Positions 61,077 to 64,000 of a stretch of 64,000 bases of DNA are shown here, one piece after another (position 1 is the stretch's first letter; each line of letters starts with the position of its first letter). A program made the position numbers and the translations under genes. This DNA comes from Atractiella rhizophila (taxonomy: Eukaryota). The notes below the pieces were generated by a model. It did no database searches. It saw only the letters and a list, made by a program, of their open reading frames with translations, and was not told the origin of the DNA. The stretch lies in assembly GCA_021432655.1 (NCBI GenBank), contig MU271294.1, positions 10,106 to 74,105 on the forward strand. Reading direction: 5' to 3'.

Positions 61077-62198
61077 TTAGGCAAAGAAATCGTTGTTTCT
61101 GACAAAGGAAGGTGTAGGAGGCTTGTCCAAAGTGGAGAGACTGGACGACGAAGAAGTTTGCTGAGGACCAACATGACCACTGGCCTGCTTCGCGCTGCTA
61201 CTGATCCAGTTGTCGCGGGACTCCTGGAGATCGAAAAAGGTGGCCGGAAGAAAAGCTCTCAATTCATCCAACTCCTGCGATGGAACGTGAGCTCTCAGTT
61301 CGACGCTAGCATCGTCTTTGATAAACTTAGACTCGATTCCTCCTTCCTTCAACATACACAAGAAGTCAAACAGGGCAATCTCAAAGCTCAGACCACAGAT
61401 GATCGTGTGCATGAGGGAGAGCTGAGATTCGTGAGACCAATCCTCGCAAGCGACGTCCACAATGTCGTGAGGCTCCTCGATATACTTCCAGAACCTGAAT
61501 CCTGGTCGCTTGTTCACAGCTCTCTTCAAGATTAAGCATGCCTTGTCATCCCTTTCCACCAGAGTGACGCTTTCGATAGTCTCTTTGGGGAAGTCAGCAA
61601 AAAACCAGATGTCAGCGAACGCCACAGCTATGGTCATAGTTGAGGTTTGCGCGGCGAAGGAGAGCAGAAGAGGCGACTCCAATGTGGTAAAGCGGCTGAA
61701 AGTCCCGACGACAAGGGTCGAAAGGGTGTAGGAGGTTAGGACTTGAGGTTGCGCCGGGGTACGCACGGATGTCGGTGGCGTTCGATGAAACCTCGAAGTC
61801 TGGGATGAAAAGTTGTGTTGTGGAGTGTGGTATGGAGTGACAGTTTGGGAACGCGTGGAGGGCGACGTGCCACTGGCGGTGATAGCAGGAGATGTACGAG
61901 CGCGTTTGAGAGGGGTATTAGCTGCCAACGCGTCCCTAGCTTGTTTCCTAAGTCCCTAACGCGTCAACTTCAAATCAGCAAGAGAGGCAGGGAAAACATA
62001 CCTTCGCCATTCAAACCACGCGACTATTTTGCAGTCCGTGAGTTTAGTTTCAACTTTTACTTGTGCCTTTTTGACCCTGGAGAACTTGGTCCAATATATC
62101 TGATCCTTGAAATAAGACTCTAGAATCTCCTCTTGCGCGCTCGTAATGCCATCCGGACGCGTAACTTCACTTCGTGACGTAGAATTTGCTCTCTTCAT
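61077..62198 (-). CDS. Divergent homeodomain protein with PHO2/HOY1-like C-terminal domain (exons 62002-62198 and 61077-61947; ~355 aa)
   Basis: ITSAQEEILESYF...TKLTDCKIVAWFEWRR|KQAR fits homeodomain helices 1 and 3. A 54-nt GTATGT...TAG intron joins the two ORFs in frame. LVVGTFSR...FPKETIESVTL...RPGF...CEDWSHESQLS resembles the PHO2/HOY1 C-domain pattern. Confidence 0.62.
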
Positions 62199-62646
62199 CC
62201 TTTCTTTGAAGGTTCTGTATTATGAGGGAAATATTGAACGAGATGTTGATCTCAACCTTTGTTTTGAAAAATGTGAAAAAGGTTGGAAAATGTTTTAAAC
62301 ATTCAAACATAAACACAGGAAGCTAAATGTTTGCAACGGCGGTGGTTGTCAGTTTCAACAGGTTTCGTAATTTCTCGCCGAATTGACTTCTGGAATGAGA
62401 TTAACATATTAAAAACGTGGAACTTGGTGGAACACCACAAACAAACGCATCAATGAGCCGAGACAACGTCTGTGCTGAGCATAAAGTGTCCATACACGAT
62501 AATCATGATCATACGTATTGGTGGCGGGCAGGATAAAGCAGAAAAACGACAGAAAACTAAATGGCGGGGGATCAAGAATGGTACTCCCAAACTTGCTCCA
62601 TGATGAGGCAGAACAACGGATGGAGCATCTATTGCACACTATGATG

Positions 62647-63335
62647 CTACAGCTCTGTCAGTATCTGAATCTTTGAGTGGAAGTAGCAGTCACCTTTGCT
62701 CTGCTGCACGACAGCCTCCTTATAAAGATCTCTCGCTGCCTCTTTCAGCTCTGCTAGTTGTCCAATTTCTGTAATCACATCAGAACCTACTCAAGAGTCC
62801 CACATTGAAATGCTAACGCTGGTCATCGAACTGGGAAACGCTATCGTGAGGATTGACATTATGAACGAGACGGAAAGAGACACACCTTGTCTAGATCGTC
62901 GGAGCTCAGCTGCCCAAATTGGTCTGGATGTGATGATTCCAGTTTATCCAGGTATTCTCTCCATTGCCCCAAAAAATGTAAAAGTTGGATTGGGTTCGTG
63001 ACTGACATAAGTTCAAATTGAGTATCACATCGAAATAGGGTAGGTATACTTTCCATACCTTCTTTATGTCGCCGAAACTCTGCCTGCCAAACACCCAAAC
63101 ATCATCCTGAGTTTGCGCGCAGTGAATGTTCAAAGCACTTTACCTTCACATAGTCATCACCCAGGAACCGCATCGAAGGGTCCCTTAGCACCTTGTAATG
63201 TGCACGGAGTAACCTCCTTCCTTCGACAAATACATCAGAAAGTGACGTCTAAAACGCCTGGGCTCTGAACGTGGCAAAAAAAAACCTGTACCGATACAGT
63301 ATTATTGGAGGAAGAAGATTCTGTGGAATAGCCAT
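62647..63335 (-). CDS. SDHAF3: Succinate dehydrogenase assembly factor 3 (ACN9/Sdh7, LYR family), at least 6 small exons
   Basis: Spliced: MAIPQNLLPPIILYR|RRLLRAHYKVLRDPSMRFLGDDYVK|AEFRRHKE|VTNPIQLLHFLGQWREYLDKLE...DDLDK|FDDQ|QIGQLAELKEAARDLY. The exact stop is uncertain. Confidence 0.85.
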
Positions 63336-64000
63336 TTTGCACTTCGCACTCGGTCCCAATGTCAATGTCCTTGAGAAACAACCTAAAGTTGGGTAGTTGC
63401 TGTCAACAAACCAAACCTCTTACTTTCTTTTACTGGCGAACTGTTGGTGGCGGCAATGGGCGGAAGCGGAACCTAGTCTTCCCTGAACATACTTTCACAA
63501 CAATATTACATTACAACCAGAATCGATAATATTACCTGACCTCAATGGTATTACTCCGTGTTATTCTGGTGTCCTAACCCTGGTGGGTGTGAAATTTGAT
63601 ATGTTTCAGATTACCTTTGCATGTTCTAGGCCACATTACGAGACAATTGTACCTTGTGCATGTAGTCCACATCATTGCAACCACGAGATCCAAAGCAATG
63701 TGCTTTCGTCTCTAGACACAATCTTTCCCCGGATAGGCGCGTTGATATATCATTATCGCTCACGTTGTATGCGAATCTAGTAAAATAAATGTCAGTAAAT
63801 GCTGAATGGCTGCTCGAGATGGTCGTGTCGACCTGAACGTCTTTCACATATCACTGCTGTGCGACGAGGAAGTAGCTCAAGCTCTCAAGGGCAGGGCCAA
63901 AATATATATTTCCAAGGACCTTGAGAAGGTCCATTCGCGGATTAATCCTGTTTGAGATTTTCTTCATGTCAGCAATATGGTTGTAGCTGTAACGACTGAA

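Noticed and set aside
61077..63335. Mating-type HD1/HD2 locus
   Set aside because: Only one homeodomain gene, with no divergently transcribed partner (the neighbour is SDHAF3 on the same strand), and the C-domain looks PHO2/HOY1-like.
63500..64000. Possible 3' exons of a minus-strand gene at the window edge
   Set aside because: Too fragmentary to support a call.

Overview
Intron-rich fungal genomic DNA, most likely a basidiomycete (inferred from gene content and ~50-60 nt introns). The left arm (1-9.4 kb) holds ordinary spliced genes: a Mn-type lipoxygenase 3' part, MET2, an ACBP-domain protein and MGM101. The centre (~11.6-53 kb) is a tandem array of six paralogous genes plus two aborted units. 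Each gene encodes [unassigned ~180-aa N-domain]-[F-box]-[~10 LRR-like repeats]. The LRR scaffold is nearly invariant but the predicted exposed beta-strand residues differ between copies, and the copies are recombination mosaics. All six share a predicted GC-AG first intron. They alternate with decayed sorbitol/xylitol dehydrogenase pseudogenes, relic copies of their own C-terminus and a CT-rich spacer. This resembles a diversifying receptor (SCF adaptor) repertoire and is the main candidate for an undescribed system. The array ends at a Ty1/copia element with one LTR and a single stop in integrase, whose gag start abuts an apparently 5'-truncated cyclin B gene. The right arm holds an atypical homeodomain gene (WFEWRR, PHO2/HOY1-like C-domain) and SDHAF3/ACN9 with a 13-nt microexon. 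All family calls come from motif recognition by eye, not database searches. Exon boundaries are predictions and pseudogene limits are approximate.
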